NCBI GenBank assembly: GCA_002633005.1
Contig: NMRA01000001.1
Location: forward strand, 4,501,384-4,565,383
DNA: 64,000 nt
Origin: Phoronis australis
Lineage: Eukaryota; Animalia; Phoronida
Direction of reading: 5' to 3'
The notes under the pieces were generated by a model. It searched no databases. It was not told the origin of the DNA and saw nothing but the letters and a program-made list of their open reading frames with translations. Each line of letters begins with the position of its first letter. Position 1 is the stretch's first letter. Shown piece by piece: positions 1-12,100 of the stretch. The translations under genes were made by a program, and so were the position numbers.

Positions 1-2794
1 CCGTTATCAAACTTTTTCTTTAAGCAGTCCCTATTTCAGTTCCCAAAATCGTGAACTCACCATTTTTATGCTGCGTCAGGCCTTCATGCAGCGTACGTCC
101 AAATGGATGCCCTAGCACTAATATGGACGCTCTGGCAAGGATGCCCAATGTATCATTTGGACGCCCACTGTCAGTAAGAACCTTTCAAGTTTGGACATAC
201 ACATTGTAATGATTACTAGGACGCCTCTGAAGGCTCAGTGGGGGCTCTTTTTTTCAAAGCAGGGACAAATATACAAAGTATATATACAATGTTGCTATGC
301 TCACACTTGGTTGATAGCATTGTAAAAGTCTTGGTCTACACCAATTTTTTATTAAAAATGCTCACCACAGAAGACTGTTTTGTAAAGTTAGATGTAAAAA
401 CCTTGGTCTATGCATTTTTTGTAAAAAAATGTGTTTGTTTGGGGGGATTGCTGCGGGTGGGGGGTTACGTGTCGGAATTATGGATGCCCTGGAATAATGG
501 GAACCCCATTTTGGACACCCTATTTTCGAAATCCTGGATAAAGGCCTGTACTGCGCATGCACCAATTTTTACCGCACTCGTTAGGGGATGTGGCTTCATG
601 ACATCAATCTTTAAATAGGCCAAAGGTGAGCCATTGCGATCCAAATGTTCGATTCCAAAATGCCACCACTACTTGTCTTTAATTGGCATTACTCGAAACT
701 GATTGTATTTCAATGAATTATTGTTTGTATTTGATAAAAATAAATGCGGTTGATATGACATTTAATAGTCTTTTTGCACATATTTGACATTTTAATGTTT
801 AACAACACGGCAAATGCACGGCTGGTTCCCTGCAGCACGTACGCAGAGGGCGGGGACTTCAGCTTTCAAATTTCGCCGGTAGGACCGCAACTTCTGACCT
901 TCGGCCTGGTTAAAAGAATGAGGTCATATCTCTTGGCGTGTGCCGAATGAAAATGGTTGAGTTCACGATTTTGGGAACTGAAATAGGGACTGCTTGAAGA
1001 AAAAGTTTGATAACGCGAGTACTTGTTCGAGTTGGAAGGAATTAAACACATCGACAACCTCCTAAGTGTTCCTCTATGCGCAAAAGGTACTTATAACAAC
1101 GTGACTTTGATGTTTTAGTCGGTGCGAGGCATAATTCGCCGAAAATCTTGCGGCCTATGGAGCACTTATAGGAGCTGCATCGCCTCTGGTCGGGCCAACA
1201 GAGGGATGGTCAGTGCCTAGCCTGACCCGAGGTTGCGACCCAACAAACAAAGTCATAAAGCCCACCACCTAAATTTGACAAAAGATGTAAGTTTAAATCC
1301 CAAAATAAAGGAAGCGTATTAATTATGAAGAATAACAGACATACCATTCACCTCCTTGTCCACGCGCACATATAATCCTTCACACTTCAGCAAAGGCACG
1401 TCTTGAAAAGAAAACCACTTATTCAACACCCGGAAGTGTGAGCATTATGAAACATGAAAGCGAGGCAAATGTACTCCGTTTCACAGTATAAAATCCTAAA
1501 ACAAAATTATAAAGTATCATTTGATCTATATTTCATAACATTTATAAAGTGTTTAATGTAAAAGGTTCACAAGAATAAGAGTTCTCTAAGTATATTTTGT
1601 GGGCAAGGGGATTGGGTTTTTTAGCGTTACGTCAACACTTGAAAACAACTCATTTCTTTTTTTTCTCAAACATCACAACAATCTAAACTAGAGTTGAGCT
1701 GTTTTAACTTGTAGTGCGTAGTGAAAGAGAAGCCCTGTAGGTAATTGTTTTCATTTTAACACATATTATTTTCGGTGTTTAAAAGTTACAAATCGTGCTA
1801 CCTACGAGCCTAATTCAGACTCAGTGCGACTTACGCGAGGAGGGAGACGGGCGTACCGCAAAAACGGTAAGATTGGATGGGAAGTGGCCGTGGGAGAATT
1901 TGGCGTTCATCATATTCCTTAAATTTCGGACTCAGCGTTTTGTATCAACAGAGTCTTAAAATAGACTTAGCAGGCAACGAAGTCGCTAGAAAAAAGTCAT
2001 TGCTGCCGATGCAACCTTTCCATGTGTCCCCACAGCATACAGCTCATGGGTGGNGGGGGGGGGGGGGGGGGGGGGGGGGGTATAGCCCCCACTTATTTCA
2101 GTCTGCGACGCCTATGTAGCGTGTAATGTCAAGGTGACCCGTTGAAATGAAACTGCTGGTTGCGAAAAATAGGCAAGGTGTTTTCAACGTGAATTGCATT
2201 GCCTGTGGCTGTGGCTGTGGCAGGCTGTGGTCACTGCTCAGGCGTCCAAAGTTGATAGTGTAGGCAACATGTAGCCCCTCAGCTAGTATACTGTGAGTAA
2301 CACCATCTCAACTGGTCATATCCCCTGGCATGAACATTGTAAAAATAGCCAGTTGCCGATTTGGACAACTGAATGAAGGACTGTTCGAAAAAAGGTTGAT
2401 TTAGCAAGTATTTGTTCGAGATGGGTAGATATAAAGAAATCAATGGACTCCTAAGGTGTCCACCTCTACTAGGGCCAGTTGAGGCAGTTTGTTCTGTCTA
2501 CTCATCTGGCTGTCCAGGAAATACAATATTCCCCATCGTTTCCATACTAATCTCATTACGTGTATTTTAAACGGGTGGTAGTCTAAATCTTGTCACAGAA
2601 TAAGAGGTTTTCACCTCGTCAAAATTACATTTTACACTTAAAAATGTCACTCAAAGAGTGCTTACTTTCTTCAGCGATCATTTCTTGTTCTATACACATC
2701 CTTGATGAAGTATGTGTACAGGAATCAAAATGACTGGTGAAGAATTCCAACTCCACTTTTAGGTCGTCCTTACCTTTTTCACCGTGGGCGCAAT

Positions 2795-2802
2795 TGACGT
2801 CA
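2795..2802. promoter_or_regulatory. Palindromic CRE (TGACGTCA) upstream of the putative IP3K first exon
   Basis: Perfect TGACGTCA ~250 bp upstream of ATG 3055 in a CpG-containing stretch; CAAAATGGC (YY1-like) at 2962-2970. Function inferred only. Confidence 0.35.
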
Positions 2803-3054
2803 CACGAGTTAAGCAACAACAAGCGTGAGAATGTGCAAAGAACGTGACCTGCCGCGTGACACTTGCAAAACTAAGCATGGGAAAACATTCAGTGGAATTT
2901 GTAAGATTTGTGTCCCTTGGACTTTTTGTTCACCAACAGGTGGTATTTTGTGTAACTTCTTCAAAATGGCACCCGCTGAAGGAAGTTTGAGTGAACTGCG
3001 ACAGATTTTTAATGGATATGTTCGAGTTATATTGTCTAAATTGTCTCCAGAGTC

Positions 3055-3145
3055 ATGGAAAATATTAATTTTGACTCTGTATACGTGCGTGTTTCATTTG
3101 ATGTTATTGACTGTAGTTTGACATATCGAGTAACTTTTTATGGAG
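3055..3145 (+). CDS. ITPKA/B/C: IP3K candidate coding exon 1 ([30 protein letters not shown])
   Basis: gtcATGg context, in-frame TAA upstream (3037), donor GAG|GTATGA at 3146. Phase 1 joins in frame to the acceptor at 8451 ([14 protein letters not shown]...). Could instead be 5' UTR with the start at 8480. Confidence 0.5.
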
Positions 3146-6100
3146 GTATGATATCGCCTGTGAATGCCTGTGCCATACGGTAGTGTAACCTCCCATAATT
3201 CTTTGGAAAATTTTATCGGCCAACATTGGATCTAGGATGCATGGACAACATATCTATTGCAAGGTTTTTTTCCTGTGTAGGAAGGGGAGAAATCACTGTG
3301 GTGCACTCTGAATTACAGCTGGTACTTATTCAAGCATAAAAGCAAAGAATATAAAAATAAAAGCGTTTATGTTCTATTAATTATTGATCAAATGAATGAT
3401 AAAATTTTTCATCCAGAAGAGTTCATAATGCCATGATCCCCCTCTTCGTCGTGTTTTTGCTGGAAGCAAATCAACTATCAAGTGGTAGGCACAGGAAAGA
3501 TGAGCCGTCTTCATCTACTACATCAGAAACCGTGTGGCGCTGTGTGCCAGAATTTTGTCCATGGTTAATTTTGCTGCATTTCTGGTGATTCTGGAATTAA
3601 GTATGGGCAGTATTGCCTATTTCTAGAATTTGGGGCAAGCTCCAGCCTTTAGCAAAATTGTAAATTTTTCACTGTCCCAAATTGGAGAAGTTTTACCTTG
3701 CTAATAACTGAATTTCTGTCATCTAAATCTGAATTGAGATCAAACAGAAGATGCTTTTGTGCTCTCATTATTCTAGTGAGTGCTGCCAATGACAGAAAGA
3801 TGTGATCTTCTCTTGGAATAAACATGGAATGGAGAGTGCGAAAGCTGAGTTAAACGAGTGGATGAGTTGGCGATTCATTGTGTAATGGATTGACTCACTG
3901 GCATGATTTCACTGCAATTCGAACAAATTTTCAGTTTGTCTTTGAAACACAATTAACCGTCAAATCTATTAAACAGCAAATATGAAGACTATCTTTCTAA
4001 GACTTATAAGGACATAAACTTGGAAGACTTGGCAAAAGACTACAAAGATTTTGTTGCAGCAGGGGAAGTAGCGTCAAATGTTGAAGGACCGATACAATTA
4101 ACTTTTTCACTTCATTCACAGATAGTCTAGGCGGAACAGTTCCCAATGTTGTGGTACTTTGTGTGTGTTGTTGACACATGCAATTGGCACTATAAGTTGC
4201 GGAAGGTGCTTTTCGAAACTCTTTGAACTGATAGCAAATTATTTGTGGCCAACAATGAGTCAAACAGGGCTGACTGACCTACCGTATTTGCCCTAGTAAC
4301 CGCACAGGGTGCTTAGAAAAATTTGTTTCAGGGGGTGCTTATTGTAACCCAAGGCGGTTGAAACTCGGTCTCCGAAACGGGTGAAATCAGAAGCTAAGAT
4401 TTATCATATTTACGCTCTGTGACCTATCTGTAACCTATGAAAGACTTTCTACAAAATTGTGGTGCATTGCTATCAAACTTTGCTGTTAAATTACGGTCAT
4501 TTTACTGAAAATTATGCATAAATCCCAAATAAATCGTCAATATGGCAACTTGAATGCTTGAATAAAAATACAGTTTCAGCTCAATCAAATTACTTGAAAT
4601 CTTCGTTAAGTTTTCCAGATAGCATCCCTAAAATTTTTAAGTTCCCTTAGAGTTGGGATTATGGGCAGGTTAAGTCCAAATCTGGGCTAGATCCTGCCGT
4701 CTATGATCGTAGGCCTACCCGGTAACACATGAAAAAATCTCTGGACATGTCATATGACGTTTGTTTTGAAGTTTGTCTGCGTGCCGTGTGTGAGTAAGCG
4801 AGCGCGTTCGTGTCACTGGAGTTCATTTGCCAGAGTAAATGCAATCTAACAAGTACATGTGCATTGTACACTAACAGAAAGCAGAACGTGTTTCATTCAG
4901 CTCTTGCTGGTCTCATCTGCTAAAAAATATTTGGCAGTCTTCTCGGTAAGGCCCATATTATAGTCGGCGTGTGGCTGGATGCGTACATGACTGTCTGACA
5001 GTTATTTTTCGTGTGGGAGCAGTCACTGTCAGTAGCCATTTTATTGGATATTTGGCTTTAAAAATAGTTATGATTAATCAAACAATCCTTCTTAAAAATA
5101 ATGCAATTTTATGGTATTAGAAACTGTCGGAAATTAGTGCCAATATTTATTCTTGCCGATTCTATACTACCCGTTTCATGAATGGATATTTCAGGACTAA
5201 TGTCTTTGATGACAGCCGGTACATGTATGTGGCGCACGGTTCCTGGCCACTTGCTATTAACACTGGTCGGGGTTTTTTTTATTAGTCTTCAATTCCCAGT
5301 TTTCACGTGTACGAAGACATTTGGATTCCTGTTGAGGGCAGGAAATATCTACAATACCATCCTGTTGACAAGTACGCTGCATCTGTTCTATAAAGGATAG
5401 ACCATTGTACGACACATTCCTTGCAAAATCAGCAAAAACTTTGAGTTCTTTTTGAGGCACGGCAGAAGTTTGAAGTGTATGGTCACGGCTAAATACTGAC
5501 ATAGAGGCGAGGCTCGTCTACAAATTCTGCGCACAATGAATTTTTCGGGTCTGTCGGATATTATTGATAAATTGAAGATGTTCTTGTAGAATTCTAGGAC
5601 TGTAGGTAAGGCATTTTTCGCGCGTACATGTTCATGGTCTGGGCACTTATTTTAACAAAGTCTGAAAACGCGTGGGGGGCCGCTTATAGGGGTATGGGTG
5701 GTTATTAGGGCGAATACGGTATCTATTATTTTGATTGAGCACGAGGTGGTTGACACATTTGATTTTTGAAAAGGAGTTTGAAGAGCAAAGGATAGAAGAA
5801 TATACAAATGAAATCATTTAATCATGTCTGGGGTGTGTAGCAATTTTTTATCGTTCCAGGCTGTGTAAACTTATGTATTGTTCATAATTTCGCTATATAT
5901 ATGGCAAAGTGAGGTGTTGTTCATAGTTTTGTGACAATACGTTTACTGATGAGCTGTCTGACATGGTTTAGAGAGTTGGTTATAACTCCTGTGTTTGAAT
6001 AAAAAGTCAATGGGTTTCTTGCAAGAGAGTACTTTGACCATTGTGTGCTCAAATTCATTCAGTAAATAAATTATTAATATCCCCCCCTATGCTATTGCCA

Positions 6101-9100
6101 GCATCAAATTTGAACTCAGTCAGTTACTTCTAAATTAAGATTTTATAGCATTGTGCATTCAAAGTGTGCAGTGAAGCACAGGATGAATTTGCCACTCTAA
6201 ATATTTTATTTTCACACTTGGGAGGTTTGAAGTGTTGATTTAAGACTTGTTAAAGTTTGTGTCTTCTTTTAACTGTGTTGATTGATAACATGTCTTGTTA
6301 TCTTGCCTGTAGGAAGTGGTTCAAGTGAGATAAGTGTTTCATAATGGGTCAGGGTTAATGTGTTCAATTTAGATAGCACTGGCAGTGCATCTGTAAAATA
6401 ACTGTTATGGCAACTTTTTGAAATGTGAGATATGACTAACACAATGGAATGACTAAAACCTAGTAGTAGTATAAAAATTATTGTATAATAGAAATAAAGT
6501 AGTAATTAGTTAATTAAAATGACTACTAATTTTGTATATACGTGGTGGAAAACATCATTTAAATGCCCACATGTAATGTGGTCGCATCCAGTCATCATCC
6601 TGTCAGATCCTGTCTGGTTGTCTGGGTGTCCTCTTGATATCTTATCTAACCCTGGTCAGATCTTGATGAAATCTGGTGTGTGAAGGGCATCACTAGAACC
6701 AGGCCTGCCACTTTTCAATAGGCCCTGCTCTCCAGGACTAGAAGACAGGACTTTTCAATTCACTGACTTTTGCGGAAGATCATTTCGGGATGATATCTAT
6801 AGAATTGATGGATGGATATCACTGAAATTAACACAGAGGTATGTGATGTCAATGTGCCCGCACTAGGTGATTTTTAGGTGGATTTGACCAGTGCAGCTCC
6901 ACCTCGTATCACAAGGGGCTGATACCTAGACAGATCAAATTAACGGATATCAAAGAAACTTTCCACAGTAGTATGTGAGGACAATGCCTTGGCACCAGAT
7001 GATGGTGGGCAGATTTGGCCACTGCAGCACCCCCTAGTGCTTGCTTTGATCTCGGCGAAGGCTTCTATAGAACTTTCGCAAGGAAGAATGATTATATAGA
7101 TCTAGGCAACACAATTGACTGAGTGCATTGAGACTAATTGACGCAGGGGCATGTGATGATGGCATTGTGTCAACAACAGTCATAAGGCCCTGATTGGATC
7201 TTGATGGCCAATAGGAAAAGTTGCAGTCATCGAAAATGCCCAACAATCTGCTGGTACCGGCACAATGCTGTCACATGCCTCTTCATCAAGTTTCATTGAA
7301 ATCCATTTATCTGTTCTCGAGATAAATTCCAGAAATTTTGCTCGTCTCCCTCAAGAGTACTGAAAAAGTCTGTTATCGAGATCAAAACAGTCACAAGGGG
7401 TGCTGCAGTGGTCGAATCTGCTCAACAATTAACTGGTGCTGGCTCTTTGTTTGTTGTCACATACTGTTGTGTCAAGTTTCATTGAAATCCATGTACCAAT
7501 TCTCGAAATATCGTTCAGTAACATTGTTCCCCAAAACGCCCATTTCGAAGGATTGGTTTCTGTACTGCTTCAAAACTCACTTCCTAGATTGACCAAGTCT
7601 GTGCTGTTTTTTTGCAGTCAGGACCCTCTAATATTGAACTTTGGTTAAATGCTTTTCAGCACTTGTTCTATTTCTTTAGGTAATTTAACCAAATTTTGTG
7701 CATGAAAGCCCCATTCACACTAAGGTGGTTCTCACTAGATGTCGCCACTTTCTGAGAAAAATGTTCAACGGAGAGAACGGCTGGAAGATTAGTTTGATTG
7801 CTCTACTGCCATTAAAAGCATAATTAATGTGTGCTCCATAGGTGTTTGCACTGCAATTCCAGCCCTCAGGCTTAACCAGCAGTTAGCCTGCATTTTGATT
7901 GTGTTGATTATAAAGCCGCTTATCACTGAATTCAACATAAACGGTGAAAAAATCATCCATCAGTTTATAAAAATTGTGACCGCATCCATTTTGAACACAG
8001 ACAAGATAAGTGACACACAACCTGTGGAACAAGTCGTACGATCAAAGAGTTTACCATGGCCATGCACTATAGTGATGAATTACTTTGACGTCAACTTGTG
8101 GTTTCTAAAATGTTTGATATTTGAATGTAAGTGTTTTGCAAATCCAGGATGCCTAAGGCTTAACATCAGAAATTCACGGAAATTTCCTTTAATATTTTTA
8201 TGAAGTTAGGCTGTTAGAGTAGCTCATCGTGCTCGAGAATAGCGGAAGACATGATTTTGAAGAGGTATTGTTTGTAGAGTGTGTGCTGTTGACTCCCTGA
8301 TGTGTTCAAAATATGTTGCATGTTTTTCCAGGTTCTGTTGATTCATAGTCAGCTGTTTTCAGCACTTGACTGTATCGTGGTGTAGACTGTGCTATTTATA
8401 GTATTTTCCTTGTCTTGCTTATAGCACTAATTACTATTGTCTGGTTTCAGATAAGACAAAGAGTACGAGTGGAAATGTCATGGATGACTACAGGCCACGT
8501 GCCCGATGGACTAGTCCGGCTCCGATGCAACACAGAGTGCTGCAGCAACGACGGCCATCTATTGAGGAACTGATTCGAAAGTACTCTCCAGCCAAGGAGA
8601 CTTCCTCTTCTCATGAGTACCAGCGCCACTCTGTGGAAGAACTTGTAAAGAAGTATTCCAATGCCAGCCTTGCCTCTAGTTGGTCTCCGGGCGATGCTCA
8701 AATCTGTCGTAGCTCGATCACCGCTTCTCATCATTCCAGTCACCAGCGAGGTCGCCAGTCATTCCAACTTGCCGTCTCGCGTTTAACTCCAGCTAGAAGC
8801 TGTGATTCTATTGATCAGCTGTCTGACTCTTCTCGCGATGTTGCCACTAGATATAGAAGTCATTCCCAGAGAGACATTCAGTATAGGCCAGCCCAGTTTA
8901 CTGCCTCTTCACCACCTTACAGTCCAAATCATAATCCTTGGAATGGAGAAATGTCTACCAGTGAGAAGCCGTGTTCTGTTGAATTACTTAGTGAAAAGAA
9001 AAGCATGGACGATGAAGTGACCAATCAAATGTCATTTCTATTGCCAGATGAATATAATCATGGTCGCCTCAGTCGCAAGTCGAGTGGATGTGATTCTGCT

Positions 9101-12100
9101 GTGGATCTTGATGAGGCTGACCATGAAATATCTTCATTTGAACTGTCTCATACCTCAGCTGTCTCAGAAGACTGCACTCAGTGCACTAATGACCAGGATG
9201 GTCCACCTTCTAATCAGGGAACCACGAGCAATTGTTCATTCCAAAAACTCATTCCCGACCTTGCTAGAACGCCCTCGTTAAGCATCTGCAGCCAGAACCA
9301 CAACTTTTCTGGAACATGTAAGGTTCCTTCAGAAACATTTAAGGTCCCTTTGGAGACGTGTAAAGTCCCTTCGGTGGTTGTCAGTGATTACAGCTGTGAT
9401 GAGATTGAGAGCACCAGGCTACACATCAACTGCGCACTTAAGGGTAGTAGTAGTGGGGGTCATCAAGATCAGTTGCGTCAGGTGACTAGTGACCGTGAGG
9501 GTCCCCAGGATCAGTTGTGCCATGTGACTAGTGTTCCCGTGTCTCTGTCAAGGAACTGTTCGAGTACCAGTATCAGCTCCACCATATCTATTGACTCCAC
9601 AGCTGATGAGCTCGACTCCCCCCAGGAGATGGTCAACTGGCGCTGGGAAGGCAAAGCAGTAAGTAAAGACCAAAGTTATTAGTTAGCCTTCTTATGCACT
9701 CACATATACCTGTAGCTGTGTGTATTTGCTGCCGTCTGTCTATATGAGCATCAGTGTGCATGGTTGCATGAAACAGTTGCAAACAGGTATTTCACTATAT
9801 TCCTCAATTTTTAACCACTAGTGACATTTGTGGACTTCAGAAAGGACTGATTGTCTTTTCTTGATGCTGTTTTATATTCACAACTAAGTCACTTTTGGTT
9901 TTAATATAGACTGAAAGTAAACTATTCGTTGAATTTTCAACATTATTGAAAATAAGTAGGGATAATTCAACGCCTCCAAATTATGGGCTGGGCCTCTTAT
10001 TTATTTTCACTGAAATGAGGGCCCAGTTTTTAGATATTTTCATAGAATACGTCAGATATGTCATATTTTTGAAGGGATCCAACTATTGGCAATTTTAGTT
10101 TTTGCGTTTGCTTGTGCCAAGTTCCTCTAGGGATCTTTACCAAACTTTGCAGATGTGTTAGTCAATTTTAAATTCAGTGGGGTTGCTCATTTTAAGTGCG
10201 TGAAAATGTTTGTAAAATGAGTACCCCTTAAACGTTGTGATCCTCATGCGGACCGCATAATAACTGAACACTATGCGCTGCTCTTGTTCTGTTTCAAACA
10301 GCTTTTAAATGAGAATGCCTCTCGATTTAATTAGTTACCTTCTTAATCAGTCTATATCCACATCACCTTGTATAGGGTCGATCTCACCTATCCAAAAGGT
10401 GCCGCGCTAACCTGTGAGGAAGGTGAGTACACGACGCAGCGACGTCAGTGGTTCTTCAGCCGAGTGTGTGCCGCTATGGTGTGGCGTATTGTTCCCGCTT
10501 GTGTGAACCACGAAGCTGCTGTCTATAAATCCATAACTTACAGTGAAATAAAACGATGCATTTGTTTAAAAACTCAATTCATTTGTAAGGGTTTTACATC
10601 GAATTTTGATGAATGAAAGTGATTTATTGGTGTAAAACGATGAACTCAAGCGATAAGCTGACACCAGTAAGCCCCTTGTGAACTGCTGACTGTGTTAAAA
10701 CCTGTGACGTCATTGGTTAATTTCAACACCTCCGTCTGCCGTCTGGTGTCAGGTAGAAGAACTGAACGTGCTGTTTTCGAGTGTGACTACTCGATCTAAA
10801 TTAATACAAAATACATTGTTTTTTCGTGGCATTCTCCTTAAATGTCATAGTTGTCTAATGATAGGTATATCTCAAATTTTGATGTATTCTAAAAATAAGA
10901 TAGTAAACTATACTTGTCATCTGATATCACTTAGATTTTGCCTTGGTTTTACAAATATAGTCAAAATCCATCGTCCAAGTCATTTCTAAATACAGCAGAA
11001 AACATGTCAAAACTCATTGGTAAAATCATAAAATAGCTAAATGTGCATCCATTAGGGCATTCTCCGGTTCAGTGACTTTAGGAGACCTAGAGTGGTTGTG
11101 AGCTTGTGATAACATGTAGCTCTTTGTTAAGTGCAGAGCACATTTTTTGTCTGGTATGACAACATGCAAACTAATTATCTACCAGGCTTAATTTACCGAC
11201 CACCTGTGAACACAGTCAAACCCAGTGCGTTGGTATATTGGGACAGAATAGATTGTCTTAACTTTGGTTGTAGTTGGGCGATTTTGGTGGTTAAAAAACT
11301 AACCATGATCAGCATTTGAGGAGGAATTCAGATTATGTTATTAGTTTATGTTCAAACATCTTGTGGCTTAACTTTTTATTTTTAACAGCACAGCAGGCTA
11401 GATACGGGATTTGAGCAATTATCGAACAAAAGAGAGCTGACCCTCCAACCATAAATGCCAAAAGGGACCCAGTTAGCCATTGTAAGATATTGTCTACAGG
11501 GGTCATCCGCCCAACTTGTGCTGTACAACCCAACAAGTTGGACTCATCAAGATCACCCTAATGTCTTGTCACCTGTTTTATCTTCATATGTCACCTGTGT
11601 CCCTTTGTTTGTCATTTGTTCTCTTTTTAGGTTCATATGTCATCATTCATTAAAAGCAGAAAGATGTCTCATCCTACAAGAGTGCATTTAGTCAGTTGTT
11701 TTCATCAGACTTGATCACTTGTACCATGTCAGCATGTTTTACATTAATTACAAAAATGATTTTTTTTAATGTTTATTACGAAATCTTCAGAATACAATGA
11801 ATATACATAACCCAGAAAGCGCCAAGAGGCATTAGATCTGGGTAAAATGATCATCTTCAGTGTTACCATCTCTTCATTGTGAGCTAGTGCTTGAAAAAAG
11901 TTACGAAGTGGCCATATTTATTTTGAAAAATGTGGTTTGTTAATAAATGTTTTCTGTCTCTGGAAGTGATGACCTGACAGGAATCGTCTTTGGCAAATAA
12001 ATGCAAAATTTAGACATTGCTGTGAACTACCAACTTTGTGTGCCGGCATAGGTTTCATAATAGCCAGTATCTTCAGTCTTGTTTGAATAACTGCTGTTGG

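Noticed and set aside
2048-2080. Poly-G tract as a G-quadruplex element
   Set aside because: Contains an N, so homopolymer length is unreliable; likely the interior of a MITE remnant.
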